A stretch of 64,000 bases of DNA from an uncultured Acidobacteriaceae bacterium (GTDB lineage Bacteria > Acidobacteriota > Terriglobia > Terriglobales > Acidobacteriaceae): NCBI GenBank assembly GCA_963777205.1, contig CAVZPQ010000004.1, forward strand, positions 71,444 to 135,443, given 5' to 3'. Shown in pieces: positions 13,303 through 23,575 of the stretch. Numbering within the stretch: position 1 is the first letter of the stretch; each line of letters starts with the position of its first letter. The translations under genes and the position numbers were made by a program. The notes under the pieces were generated by a model. That model saw only the letters and a list, made by a program, of their open reading frames with translations. It was not told the DNA's origin and made no database searches.

Positions 13303-13370
13303 AACTCGCGACTCTCAAACTCGAAACTCGCACCTGAACCGTACCCACCGCATGCACTACACTTCCACGC

Positions 13371-14591
13371 ATGCGCTCGGCCCTTGTTGCACTGCTCCTC
13401 GCATCCACCACACCCGCCCTCGCCCAGACCGCTCCACACCCCGAAGACCTCGCCACCGTCACCGGCCACATCATCTGCGCCGACACCCAGCGCCCCGCGC
13501 GCCTCGCCGAAGTCCGCCTCGTCCCCGCCACCATCAGCCCTGCCAAAACCACCAAGCCAGACCCCAACGACGTCTTCAACGGCGGCAACCTCCCCGCCAC
13601 CCAGACCGACCTCTCCGGCGCCTACACCATTCGCAACGTCCACCCCGGCCAGTACTATCTGCGCATCGACCTCCCCGGCTACGTCACCCCGCTCCTCAGC
13701 TTCACCCGCGACCAGCTCGCCAAGCCCACGCCCGAGCTCCAGCAGCGCATTCAGAACGAGCTCCAGCGCCTCACCGTCGCCGGCCGCGCCACCCTCACCG
13801 CAGACGCCACTCTCCGCCGCGGCGCCTCCATCTCCGGCACCGTCCTCTTCGACGACGGCACTCCCGCCATCGGCATCGGCGTCCGCGTCCTCGAGCGCGA
13901 CCCCAAAGGTGACTTCAAGCAGGCCGTCCAGGCCAACGCGCTGCGCTGGTCCCTCACCACCGACGACCACGGCCGCTACCGCTTCGACGCGCTCCCCGCC
14001 GGCGAGTACGCCGTCCAGGCCAACCTCACCCTCAGCAGCCAGGACACCACCCGCATGCCCATGCCCAACGGCAACATGGTCGAGATGGTCGTGACGCACT
14101 ACTTGTTTTCGCTCCCCGTCTACTCCGGCTCCGTCATCCGCCGCCACGACGCCAAGCCCATCAAGCTCGAGGCCGGCGAAGAAGCCGCCGACATCGACAT
14201 CACCATCCCCATCTCGCAGCTCCATGAGGTCTCCGGCTCGCTCGTTGCCAAGGACGGCCACGCCATCAACGGCGGCAAAGTCGCGCTCCTCTTCGCCGAC
14301 GACCGCTCCCAGTTCGCCGAGGTCGACATCAACCCTGACGACTCCACCTTCCACTTCCCGTACGTCCCCGAAGGCAACTACATCCTCTCCGTCAAGGAAG
14401 CCCGTGACGTCGGTCAAGTCGAAGTTCCCAACGCGCCCGGCGCCATTCCCCGCACCCACACCGAACACCCCACACTCCACACCTACGGCACCACCGAGCA
14501 GCCCCTCGCCGTGCAGACGGACATGCAGTCCCTCAACATCTCAGTCCCGGATGCCAGCTACGATTCAACCACCGCCGACACCTCGGAATAA
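13371..14591 (+). CDS. Secreted carboxypeptidase-regulatory-like domain protein
   Basis: Signal peptide; repeated 'TD..G.Y....L..G.Y' beta-sandwich motifs; 'GASISGTVLFDDGTP'. Confidence 0.8.
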   Translation: MRSALVALLLASTTPALAQTAPHPEDLATVTGHIICADTQRPARLAEVRLVPATISPAKTTKPDPNDVFNGGNLPATQTDLSGAYTIRNVHPGQYYLRIDLPGYVTPLLSFTRDQLAKPTPELQQRIQNELQRLTVAGRATLTADATLRRGASISGTVLFDDGTPAIGIGVRVLERDPKGDFKQAVQANALRWSLTTDDHGRYRFDALPAGEYAVQANLTLSSQDTTRMPMPNGNMVEMVVTHYLFSLPVYSGSVIRRHDAKPIKLEAGEEAADIDITIPISQLHEVSGSLVAKDGHAINGGKVALLFADDRSQFAEVDINPDDSTFHFPYVPEGNYILSVKEARDVGQVEVPNAPGAIPRTHTEHPTLHTYGTTEQPLAVQTDMQSLNISVPDASYDSTTADTSE

Positions 14592-14601
14592 CCCACGCGC
14601 C

Positions 14602-14634
14602 GGGCGCCCCACATCTCGAGTATCGAGATGTGGG
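14602..14634. repeat. REP-like palindrome family B, between convergent genes
   Basis: GGGCGCCCCACATCTCGA-GTA-TCGAGATGTGGG, a perfect 12-bp stem. Confidence 0.85.
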
Positions 14635-14667
14635 TTTTCGTTCGGCGTGAAAAGTTCGTCCTTCTGA

Positions 14668-15726
14668 TTACCTCTCCCGCAGCGACGCCATATCAATCGA
14701 AAACCTGTACTTCACATCCGACCGCGCCATCCGGTCATACGCCTCATTCACCTTCTGGATCGGAATCACCTCAACATCCGCCGTAATGTTGCGGTCCCCG
14801 CAGAAGTCCAGCATCTCCTGCGTCTCGGCAATCCCCCCAATCAGCGACCCCGAAAAACTCCGCCGCCTGAACAGCAGCCCAAACACCCCGATCGGCAGCG
14901 GCTTGTCCGGCGCCCCCACCATCGTCAGGTTTCCATCCCGCGCCAGCAGATTGATCAACGCGTTCACATCATGCTCTGCCGCCACCGCATCCAGAATGAA
15001 ATCAAACGACCCAGCATGCTTCTGCATCTCGTTCGCGTCCTTCGAAATCACAACCTCATCCGCGCCCAGCCGCAGCGCGTCCTCCTTCTTGCTCGGCGAA
15101 GTCGTAAACACCACCGTGTGCGCTCCCAGCGCATGCCCAAACTTCACCGCCATGTGCCCCAGTCCGCCCAGCCCCACCACACCCACCTTCTTGCCCTTCG
15201 TCACACCCCAGTGCCGCATCGGCGAGTAAGTCGTGATTCCCGCGCACAGCAGCGGCGCCGCTCCCGCTAGGTCCAGATTCGCCGGAACCTTCAGCACAAA
15301 CCGCTCATCGACCACAATCGAGTCCGAATACCCTCCGTACGTCACCTTCCCCGTGTGTTTATCCGGAAAGTTATACGTAAACGTCGGATTCGCGCAGAAC
15401 TGTTCGAGGCCCGCCTTGCACTCCGGACAGGTCCGGTCCGAATCGACCATGCAGCCCACCGCCGCCAGGTCGCCCTCCTTGAACTTCTTCACCTGCGATC
15501 CCACCTTCTTCACCCGCCCGACAATCTCATGCCCCGGCACGCACGGATACGCCGTCGGCATCACGTCCTTCCACTCGTTCCTCACCTGGTGCAAATCCGA
15601 GTGACAGATCCCGCAAAACAAAATCTCAATCTGAACATCTGTTTGTGTGGGATCGCGCCGTTCGATCACAGTAGGGGCAAGCGGCGAGTCAGCACTGGCA
15701 GCGGAATAAGCCTTGGCGTTGAACAT
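14668..15726 (-). CDS. NAD(P)-dependent Zn alcohol dehydrogenase (YahK/AdhC-like, CAD family)
   Basis: 'FCGICHSDLH', 'PGHEIVG', 'TYGGYS', 'APLLCAGITTYSP', 'GLGGLGHM', 'DVKYRFSID'. Confidence 0.95.
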   Translation of the reverse strand: MFNAKAYSAASADSPLAPTVIERRDPTQTDVQIEILFCGICHSDLHQVRNEWKDVMPTAYPCVPGHEIVGRVKKVGSQVKKFKEGDLAAVGCMVDSDRTCPECKAGLEQFCANPTFTYNFPDKHTGKVTYGGYSDSIVVDERFVLKVPANLDLAGAAPLLCAGITTYSPMRHWGVTKGKKVGVVGLGGLGHMAVKFGHALGAHTVVFTTSPSKKEDALRLGADEVVISKDANEMQKHAGSFDFILDAVAAEHDVNALINLLARDGNLTMVGAPDKPLPIGVFGLLFRRRSFSGSLIGGIAETQEMLDFCGDRNITADVEVIPIQKVNEAYDRMARSDVKYRFSIDMASLRER

Positions 15727-16011
15727 GCTGCCTTGGATGTCGCCGCTACCGCCGGGTATTCAAAACTCGCAGCGCGAAATCCGGTGTGACGTACGCTCCG
15801 CATCCTTCCTGCCAGTCGGGTCTACCATGCAGTCTCACGAACTCCATTAACCTGCTCCCGAGCCATCTTTGTGCAAACAAAGGGCAGCCGCCCTTGCGTT
15901 GTTCATCCCCCCAAACCCCAGGTCGCATCTTCGTGACAATCCCCCATCCGGGGCCATATAGTTTCCTCGTCTTACCGCCTCAATCGAGTTGCTTCACCAG
16001 GGAGTCCCTTC

Positions 16012-17991
16012 ATGACCCGTCGTTCGCTTCTTGCGTCCGTAGCCCTTCTCTGCGCGCTTACGGTCCCGGCCCTTGCTCAAACCACCACCGCTTCGCAGGC
16101 CACCGATCTCGGCGCCGCCGACCCGGCCGCCACAACCCACTTCACCGTCTACTTCCCGCTCACCCATCAGGACAAGCTCGAGCAGCTGGTCAACGATCAG
16201 ACCAACTCCTCCTCGCCCAGCTATCACCAGTGGCTCACGCCCGCCCAGTTCGCCACCCAATTCGGTCCCAACCCGGGCGATGTCGCCCGCGTCACCCGCC
16301 GCCTCGAGCAGGCCGGCTTCACCGTCACCGCGCAGCACACCCAGAGCATCGAGGTCACCGGTCCGGTTGCCGCCGTCGAAACTCTCTTCTCCACCCGCCT
16401 CAATCAGGTGAAGCTGCACCACAGTGGAAAGATCAGGCTCTCCGCCGCCCGCCATCCGCTCACGCTTCCCGCAGAGCTTGCAGCCGCCGGCGTCGTCATT
16501 CCGTCCTTCTACCCGGAGCTCTCCGCGACACGTCCACTCCGCCAAGGTGAACGGCTCCACCAACGCGGCCGGCGCGCAGCTCGCCGCCACCCAGAACGCC
16601 TCCCCTCCCAGCGGCTCTCCACGTCCTACCTGATCTACTACCCGGACGATCTCAACGAGGCCTACTCCTTCCCGTCCTTCACCACCCAGGCAGGTCCTTC
16701 TTCGGTCCCAAGAAGAAGCAGATCGCCGGCGTCGGCGCACACATCGGCATCGTCATCGACTCCGTCATCAGCCCCGCCGACCTCAACGCCAGCTTCAACT
16801 CCGAGGTCTACATCGGTCCCTACATCGACATCCAGGACTACTCCGCCGTCTCCAACCTTCCCGTCCCCTCCGTCACCGTCCGTCCTGTAGACGGCGGCAG
16901 CGGGCCCTTCGATCCAAACTCCGGCAGCGCCCCTGAAGCCTCGCTCGACACCCAGATGTCCCTCGGCACCGCTCCCGGCGCTCAGGAAACCCTCTACAAC
17001 ATGCCCGACCTGAGCTGGTCCTCCGTCGCCGACGCCTACGCGGCCATCGACGAGGACAACTCCGTCGACGTCGTAAGCTCGTCCTTCGGCGGATGCGAGC
17101 TCTACTTCACCGCTCCCTATAACGGCGGCGTCGACTACACCAGCATCCCCAAGCAGATTCACCAGATCCTGCTCCAGGGCAATGCGCAGGGCATCACCTT
17201 CCTCGCCAGCTCCGGCGACAACGGCGCCGTTCCCTGCCTGTCCGCAGCCTTCGCAAATAACCCCACCAACGGCACCTCCTACGTCAAAGGCGTCGAGTAT
17301 CCCGCTTCCGATCCCGCTGTCACCGGCGTCGGCGGCACCAATCTCGTCACCGTGCCGACTCCCACTGCCAACGACTCCACCTACTACCAGGAGAACGCCG
17401 ACTTCGATCCCCGCGTCCCCGCGGAGTTCGAGCTCGCGCCCGGCGACATCGTCAGCGTCAACAACAACACCTGGGGCTCCGGCGGCGGCTACAGCGTCAT
17501 CTTCCCCAAGCCGCTCTTCCAGCTCCTCACCCCAACCGCCAAGCCCGGCCGCGCCGTTCCTGACGCTTCCCTCATGATGGGCGGCTGCCCCGGCGACGCC
17601 GCCTCATCCGCCGGCGCCTGCAACGCTCCCGCGCAGCTCCGTCCTCGTCTGGATCGGCGGTGGCCCCGCTCTCCTCATCGGCACCAGCGCTGCATCCCCT
17701 GAGCTGGCCGGCGCGCTCGCCCTCGACGTCGAGCTGAACGGCCGTCAAGGCAACGCCAACCCGCTCATCTACGCCCTCGGCTTCCTCCAGACCGCAGCCG
17801 GCGGCGCAAACGCACCTGCTCCTCTCCAGTACTTCCACCGCAACATCGAGGGCAACAACAACGGCTACACCGTCCAGCCAGGTCAGCCCTACAGCACCGT
17901 CCTCGGCAACGGAACCCTCGACGTCAAGAACTTCCTCCAGCTCCAGAGCGCCGCGCCTGCCGGAACCCCCGGCACGCCCAGCAACCCCTAA
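16012..17991 (+). CDS. S53 (sedolisin/kumamolisin) serine peptidase precursor; several frameshifts
   Basis: Signal peptide; prodomain 'SPSYHQWLTPAQFATQFGP'; catalytic 'EASLD', 'SSGDNG' and 'GTSAASP' spread over different frames; stop TAA at 17989-17991. Confidence 0.88.
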
Positions 17992-18012
17992 CCCTCGATC
18001 CATCCACCACCA

Positions 18013-18044
18013 AAAGGGCGGGCAAATGCCCGCCCTTTCTTTTT
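18013..18044 (+). terminator. Rho-independent terminator
   Basis: AAAGGGCGGGCA-AA-TGCCCGCCCTTT followed by CTTTTT, directly after the S53 stop. Confidence 0.85.
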
Positions 18045-18058
18045 CAAGTCGAACCCCC

Positions 18059-18154
18059 GGGTGCCCCATTCATGACGACGAAGTCGGCATGGGTGGGTAT
18101 CGCGCGTTAACCGGAGTCCCCGGCGAGCTTGCTCGCTGGGGTGGAAAACGCGCG
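18059..18154. repeat. Composite REP-like cluster (family B variant plus a CCCCGGCGAGC-TT-GCTCGCTGGGG hairpin)
   Basis: GGGTGCCCCATTCATGACGAC-GAA-GTCGGCATGGGTGGG, then a second hairpin at 18118-18141 flanked by CGCGCG on both sides. Confidence 0.75.
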
Positions 18155-18284
18155 AGTGCCTTTGCTTTTGCCTTTGCCCTTCCCAGCCACTTGACACCCC
18201 TGTTATTCTTAAACCTAGAGAGATTCCCGTCTGAGCCCGGCCTCAACCGCCGGGCTTCGACACTTAAAGACATCTACCGGCGCA

Positions 18285-18347
18285 CTGAAGTCCACCCCTA
18301 ACTTCCCTCTTCCGAAGACTTTGCACACATTTCGGGGGGAGGGAGGG
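18285..18347 (+). repeat. Dispersed element, copy 1 (CTGAAGTCCACCCCTAA-N12-GAAGACTTTGC-...-G-run)
   Basis: The identical 17-nt and 11-nt blocks recur with the same 12-nt spacing at 54179-54245. Confidence 0.85.
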
Positions 18348-18360
18348 TCTAACCCCCAGC

Positions 18361-19698
18361 ATGCAGAAATTCACCCTCAGCCTCACCGCCTGCGCGCTCC
18401 TCGCCGCAGCCTCCGCGCTCGCCCAGACCCGCGACGCCGACACCCAGCTCGCCGCCGCCGAATCGGCTCTGGAGCACGCCGACTACCCCGCCGCGATCGC
18501 CGCCCTCAAGCCGCTCGCCGCCGCCCAGCCCCACAACCCGCACATCCTCTACGACCTCGGCTTCGCCCTGGAGCACGACCCAGCAAGGGCTAACGGCGAT
18601 ACCGAAGCCGCCGCCGCCTACCGCGCCGCCATCGCCGCCGACCCCTCCATGGCCGAGCCCCAACTAGCCCTCGGCCTCCTCGACGCCCGCAACGGCCACC
18701 TCGACGCAGCCCACCGTGAGCTCTCCGCCGCCAGCAACCTGGCCGGCGCCAGCCCCGACCTCCGCGCCCGCGCCCTCCGCTCCCTCGCCGTCCTGGACGA
18801 GCACGCCAACCCCGACGCCGCCCGCGACGAGCTCCTCGCCGCCCTCAAGCTCTCCCCCGAAACCCCCGCCGACATCCTCCTCAGCGCCCGCCTCGCCGAA
18901 CACGCCGGCGCGTTCCCCGGGGCCGAGGCCGCCTTCCGCCGCTACCTGGCCGTCAACCCCGACGACCCCGGTGCCACCGCCGGCCTCGCCCACACCCTCA
19001 CCGCCCAGGGGAAGACGGCCGACGCTGAAGCCCTGCTGATGGCCGCGCTGAAGGAATCACCTTCCGACCCGCAGATTCTTTCCGAACTCGCCGCCGTCTA
19101 CGGTGCCGAGGGCAAGCCCGAGCAGGCGATTCCGCTGATCGAAAAGCTGCGCGCATCCGACGCCTCATCCGCGAGCAATCCTGCGCTCACCCGCCTGCTG
19201 GCCCACCTCTACTCGCTCTCAGGCGATAACTCGAAGGCGGAACCGCTGTTGCGTCAGCTCATTGCGCAAAATCCCAACGACCCGATGCTGCTCGATGACC
19301 TCGCCAGTGCTCTCGTCGCCAGCACTGCTGGCGCGAGCACAGCGACAGACCAGCAGCAGAAGTTCGCCGAAGCCCAGACGCTCCTCGCAAAAGCGGTCGC
19401 AATGCGAGCAAGCTTCCCGTCCGACGCCGAGTGGGCGCAAGCCGAAGGCCATCTCGCCTTTGCCGCCTCCCGCAACCACGATCCACAACTCACATTGCAA
19501 GCGCTGGCGGCGCGTGCTACAGTTCTGCCCAACTCGCCAGCGTCCCTTTTCCTTGAGGCAACGGCGCATGACTCGCTGCATCAGAACAAGGACGCGGAAC
19601 GAGCGTATCGTGCATTCCTGAGCCTGGCCTCCGGCAAATATCCCGACCAGGAATTTCAGGCACGTCACCGGCTCATCGCGCTGGAACGCGAACGGTAA
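18361..19698 (+). CDS. Secreted tetratricopeptide-repeat protein
   Basis: Signal peptide; multiple TPR-like helical repeats ('YDLGFALE', 'AAYRAAIAADP', 'LRQLIAQNPND'). Confidence 0.88.
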   Translation: MQKFTLSLTACALLAAASALAQTRDADTQLAAAESALEHADYPAAIAALKPLAAAQPHNPHILYDLGFALEHDPARANGDTEAAAAYRAAIAADPSMAEPQLALGLLDARNGHLDAAHRELSAASNLAGASPDLRARALRSLAVLDEHANPDAARDELLAALKLSPETPADILLSARLAEHAGAFPGAEAAFRRYLAVNPDDPGATAGLAHTLTAQGKTADAEALLMAALKESPSDPQILSELAAVYGAEGKPEQAIPLIEKLRASDASSASNPALTRLLAHLYSLSGDNSKAEPLLRQLIAQNPNDPMLLDDLASALVASTAGASTATDQQQKFAEAQTLLAKAVAMRASFPSDAEWAQAEGHLAFAASRNHDPQLTLQALAARATVLPNSPASLFLEATAHDSLHQNKDAERAYRAFLSLASGKYPDQEFQARHRLIALERER

Positions 19699-19743
19699 TG
19701 CACGAGAGTTAGAGCATCGCAGCATCCTGAAAGGGGGTGCGCC

Positions 19744-20239
19744 ATGGTCACTCAGTCCGGGTCCCTGAATCTGGCTCGTAGGTCGTCGGGCATAGTTCTG
19801 GTCGCCCTCGTTTTTCTCTTCCCCCTGACATCCGCATCAGCATCGCGCGGTCCCGACGAGGTCCCGCTCGACGCCTCCGCTCTTCTCCAGATGGAGCAGC
19901 GCGCCGACGCCGCACAGCCGCGCGATCAGTGCTACATGTTCGCCGAGGTTCTGCATGGACTCACCGAGTTGGCCGGCCGTGAGATTGCCGCAGGCGATGA
20001 TCAGGACGCGAGTACAACGCTCACGCACATCGATTCAGTCGCCGCCAAGATGCAGAAGGCTTCGGCTGCAAACGCGAAGCGCCTGAAAAACGCCGAGATG
20101 CTGCTCGAGCACATCACGCGCCGGCTTGAGCGACATGGCGCATGTCGCGTCCTCGCAGCAGCGCAGCGCAACACAGGCAGCCTTGGCGCGTGTGAATCAA
20201 CTGCACACTCAGGTGCTGGCGGTGATCTTCTCCAAATGA
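19744..20239 (+). CDS. Secreted helical hypothetical protein; frameshift near 20130
   Basis: Signal-like N-terminus. The alternative frame '...SDMAHVASSQQRSATQAALARVNQLHTQVLAVIFSK' ends at TGA 20237-20239, overlapping the next ATG (ATGA). Confidence 0.6.
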
Positions 20240-20811
20240 CGCTGCGCTTTAGAGTCCGTCAGCTTGCGATCGCAGTGTGCGCGCTGCTGCTCGTTGCACC
20301 CGGGGTGCGCGCGTACGCACAGGATGATGACAGCTCCATGAGCCAGAAGGAGATCGAGGGTCTGCGGGACGCGGCGTATATCCCGAACGACCGTGTGCTT
20401 GCCTTCATCAAGATTCTCAACACTCGCGACGACGAGATCGAGGACCTGCTTCGAAAACCTCGCCATGCCGGCTTCAACCAGGACATGCACGATCTACTCG
20501 ATCAGTTCGCCACGATCGCGGATGAGTTCAACGACAACCTGGACGAGTACTCCTCCAAGCACCGCGATATCCGCAAGTCGCTCCCGAAGCTCGTCAACGC
20601 AATCGAGCGCTGGCAGACGACGCTGCGCGCAGCCGGCGAGGACGAAGCCTATAACGTCGTGCGAAAGATGGCGCTGGATTCGTTGAAAGACATGCGCGAC
20701 ACCGCAGACACGGCGCAGACCGAGCAGGCCGCTTACTTCAAAGCGCATCCGGACGCGGCGAAGCTCGAAAAGGAACGCGCGGATCCGGAGCACTCCCCTG
20801 TGCCGCAGTAG
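20236..20811 (+). CDS. Secreted helical hypothetical protein
   Basis: Has its own signal peptide 'MTLRFRVRQLAIAVCALLLVAPGVRAYAQ'; fused to the upstream ORF in the ORF track only because of the frameshift. Confidence 0.7.
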   Translation: MTLRFRVRQLAIAVCALLLVAPGVRAYAQDDDSSMSQKEIEGLRDAAYIPNDRVLAFIKILNTRDDEIEDLLRKPRHAGFNQDMHDLLDQFATIADEFNDNLDEYSSKHRDIRKSLPKLVNAIERWQTTLRAAGEDEAYNVVRKMALDSLKDMRDTADTAQTEQAAYFKAHPDAAKLEKERADPEHSPVPQ

Positions 20812-20853
20812 CGCCGGGTTCCACATTCGACCGCATGTTAACCTGACTGCAGC

Positions 20854-21565
20854 GTGTCCCGGTCTGTTCTTCCTGCTGCATCCAACGAGCTCATCTCGAC
20901 CTTTGAAGTCGAGTACCGGGCCATTCGTCCGCGCGCGCCGATGCCACCTATTGAGGTGAAGTTCCGCCGGTTCACCAGCCTGAACACGACCATCCGGTTG
21001 CGTGAAGGCCGGCTGATTGTGCGGCTGTCGGACCTGCTGGAGCACGCGCCCCAGCAGGTGCACCAGGCGATCGCGCACATCCTTTTGGCAAAGCTCTACC
21101 GCAAACCGATCGTGCCCCACTTCGCCGATCGCTATCGCCGCTATACGCAGTCAGACGCCGTGCTCCGCCATGCCGAGCGGATCCGGCAGGAGCGCGGGCG
21201 CAAACGCATCAGCTCCGCGCAAGGCCACATCTACGATCTGGAAGAGGTGTTCGAGTCACTGAACGCGCGCTTCTTTCACGGCCTGCTCGGGCGGCCGACG
21301 CTGACCTGGAGCGCGCATTACGCCAAGCGCATGCTGGGCCATTACGACGCCGCGCATAACACCATTGTGGTGAGCCGCGTCTTTGACCGCCCCAACACGC
21401 CGCGTTACGCCATCGAGTATCTGCTCTATCACGAGATGCTGCACCTGAAGCACCCGGTGCGCGTGCGCGCCGGCCGCCGATGCGTGCACTCACGTGATTT
21501 TCAGGCTGAAGAGCGCCTGTTCCCGGAGCTTGATGCAGGCGCGCGCGTACCTGAAACGGCTTTAG
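20854..21565 (+). CDS. SprT/YgjP-like zinc metalloprotease-domain protein
   Basis: 'DLEEVFESLNARFF', 'LGHYDAAHNTIVVS', HEXXH in 'YHEMLHL', 'HSRDF'; true stop is probably TAG at 21563-21565 after a terminal frameshift. Confidence 0.85.
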
Positions 21566-21582
21566 CGGCTTCCGATCGTGGC

Positions 21583-22462
21583 TCAGGTTCTTGGATCGGC
21601 GGCGAGTTGCGGCGCCCACTGCCACTGGGCCTTGGAAGCCCACGCAACCACCAGCACTCCCGCCAGTACGCTTCCGAGTGCAGCGACCTGTGCGTTCGAC
21701 ATCGTATGCCCGAAGTACAGCTTCGGATTGATTCGCACGAACTCCACCAGGAACCGCCCGATACCGCTCAGCACGAGATACATCCCTGTGAGCCAGCCAA
21801 CTGGCTTGTGCCGCTCGCCGAGCTTCCAAAGAATCCAGAAGATGAGGATCGAGAAGAGCAGCTCATAAATCGGCGTCGGCTGGACCAGCGCGTTCGGCGG
21901 ATTGGGTGGCACAAGCGCGTCCTTCGCCATGTGCACACCCCATGGCAGCGTTGTGTTGATCCCGTAATCACCATCGCCGGACAGCAGGCAGCCGATCCGT
22001 CCGACACCGTAGCCGAGCGCGGCCGCCGGCGCGGCAAGATCCAGCATGCGGATGCGAGCCGACGCGCGCACCCTGGGTTCCCTCGAGCGGTCCCTTGAAA
22101 CGAGCGATGCGTCCCTGCCACAGGAGCACAGCAATGCCTGCAATGAGGCCGCCGAACCAGGCAAATCCAGCCTGGAACCACACAAAGAAATTCTTGATTA
22201 CGTCGAACGAATGCGCGGCTCCGGGCAGCAGTATCTGATGCCACGCCGCAGCAAGCTCATGCGGATTCTGGAGCTCATGCCAGAGCTTCGCGCCAATGAT
22301 TCCGGCGATGACCGAGAGCGCGACGACATTCAGCGCGTCCGCATCGACCCCGTTGCGCTTGAAGTTGTAATGAAGCACGATGGTCGCGCAGACGGCGGCC
22401 AGCCAGAGCAGCAGACCGAAGGTCCCGATATGCCACGGGCCGACGTTGATATACGGGTACAT
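21583..22462 (-). CDS. lgt: Prolipoprotein diacylglyceryl transferase; frameshift near 22040
   Basis: 'MYPYI...IGTFG', 'GIIGAKL', 'GFAWFGGL'; then 'LGYGVGRIGC...DYG...PWGV', 'QPTPIYE', 'RFLVEFVR'. Confidence 0.9.
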
Positions 22463-22562
22463 TCAGTTCAAGTATATCGGCCAGCACTGGTGTGGCCCGC
22501 CGTGAAGGCCCCAAACGGGACGCCTTTTCCTCACCGCACGCATCCGCTACCCTACGAATAAG

Positions 22563-23120
22563 ATGTCTTTGCCTGACTACGTTCCGCCCGACCAGATGGA
22601 GATTCTTTTCTCGCGCGAGCAGCTTGCCGAGCGTGTGCACGCCGTTGGCCAGCAGATCTCCGCCGATTACGCCGGCCAATCGATTGTGCTGATCGGCGTT
22701 CTGAAGGGCGCGGCCATCTTTCTGTCCGACCTCGCGCGCTCGATCACGGTCGACAACACCTTCGACTTCGTCGCGGTGTCGAGCTACGGGCGCGCACGCG
22801 TCTCCTCCGGCCAGGTGAAGCTGATCAAAGATATCGACAACCCGATCGAAGGCAAGCACGTGATTCTCGTCGAGGACATTCTCGACACAGGCCTGACACT
22901 CAGCTATCTGCGCCAACTGATGGCGCAGCACAAGCCGGCATCGCTGAAGATTGCGACCTGTCTCGACAAGCCGGAACGGCGGCTCGTGCCCATCGAGGCG
23001 GACTACGTCTGCTTCAAAATTCCGAATCGTTTCGTGGTGGGATACGGAATGGACTTCGCGGAACGGTATCGCGGGGTGGCCGACATCCGACTGTACCCGG
23101 AGCCGCCGGCCGGACACTGA
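22563..23120 (+). CDS. hpt: Hypoxanthine phosphoribosyltransferase
   Basis: 'GVLKGAAIFLSDL', PRPP-binding 'VILVEDILDTGLTL', 'FVVGYGMD'. Confidence 0.97.
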   Translation: MSLPDYVPPDQMEILFSREQLAERVHAVGQQISADYAGQSIVLIGVLKGAAIFLSDLARSITVDNTFDFVAVSSYGRARVSSGQVKLIKDIDNPIEGKHVILVEDILDTGLTLSYLRQLMAQHKPASLKIATCLDKPERRLVPIEADYVCFKIPNRFVVGYGMDFAERYRGVADIRLYPEPPAGH

Positions 23121-23193
23121 GCCGATCGTGACAGTTGCGAAACTGTCACAAGCTACCGCCTGAGCGCACGAGCCGTGACGCAGACTCGTACGC

Positions 23194-23556
23194 ATGAAAA
23201 CCCTGGCGATTGTCCTCTGCATGCTTCTCGTTATGGTTCCGGCCGGCGCTCAGCAGATCGCGGAGCGGACGGCGCCCAACTTCTACGTGCCCTACGCCGT
23301 GAGCGTGTCTCGGGCCGCCGGCAATCGAAACGGAATCTTCATCCGTCGATGCGCGCCTCGCTGAGCCGGTCCCTGCGCCGAGCGCCCCGCCACCGCAGCG
23401 CGCTATCCGATGCGTCGGCCCTATCGCCGCTTCGGTCCGCGGTACATGGGCTATCCACCGCCGCCCGGTCCGCCTATGTCTACCCGCGCAGCGCTAATCA
23501 TTGCTGGGGTGGTGGGAGGAATCATCGTTGCCGTGGTCGTGAAAGCCCACCAGTAG
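23194..23556 (+). CDS. Small exported Pro/Arg-rich protein with a C-terminal TM helix (frameshifted)
   Basis: 'MKTLAIVLCMLLVMVPAGAQ' signal; a later frame reads 'YMGYPPPPGPPMSTRAALIIAGVVGGIIVAVVVKAHQ*'. Confidence 0.5.
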
Positions 23557-23575
23557 CGCAGCGGAGAAAACCTGT

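Noticed and set aside
10361-18154. Palindromic repeats as a CRISPR array
   Set aside because: There is no regular repeat-spacer periodicity and no cas gene; the copies are dispersed and REP-like.
18157-18182. TGCCTT/TGCTTT hexamer run
   Set aside because: Only about four degenerate units next to the REP cluster; low-complexity spacer with no evidence of function.
19744-20811. Single 355-aa ORF
   Set aside because: It contains a second internal signal peptide and an ATGA overlap at 20236-20239, so it is two genes joined by an indel.
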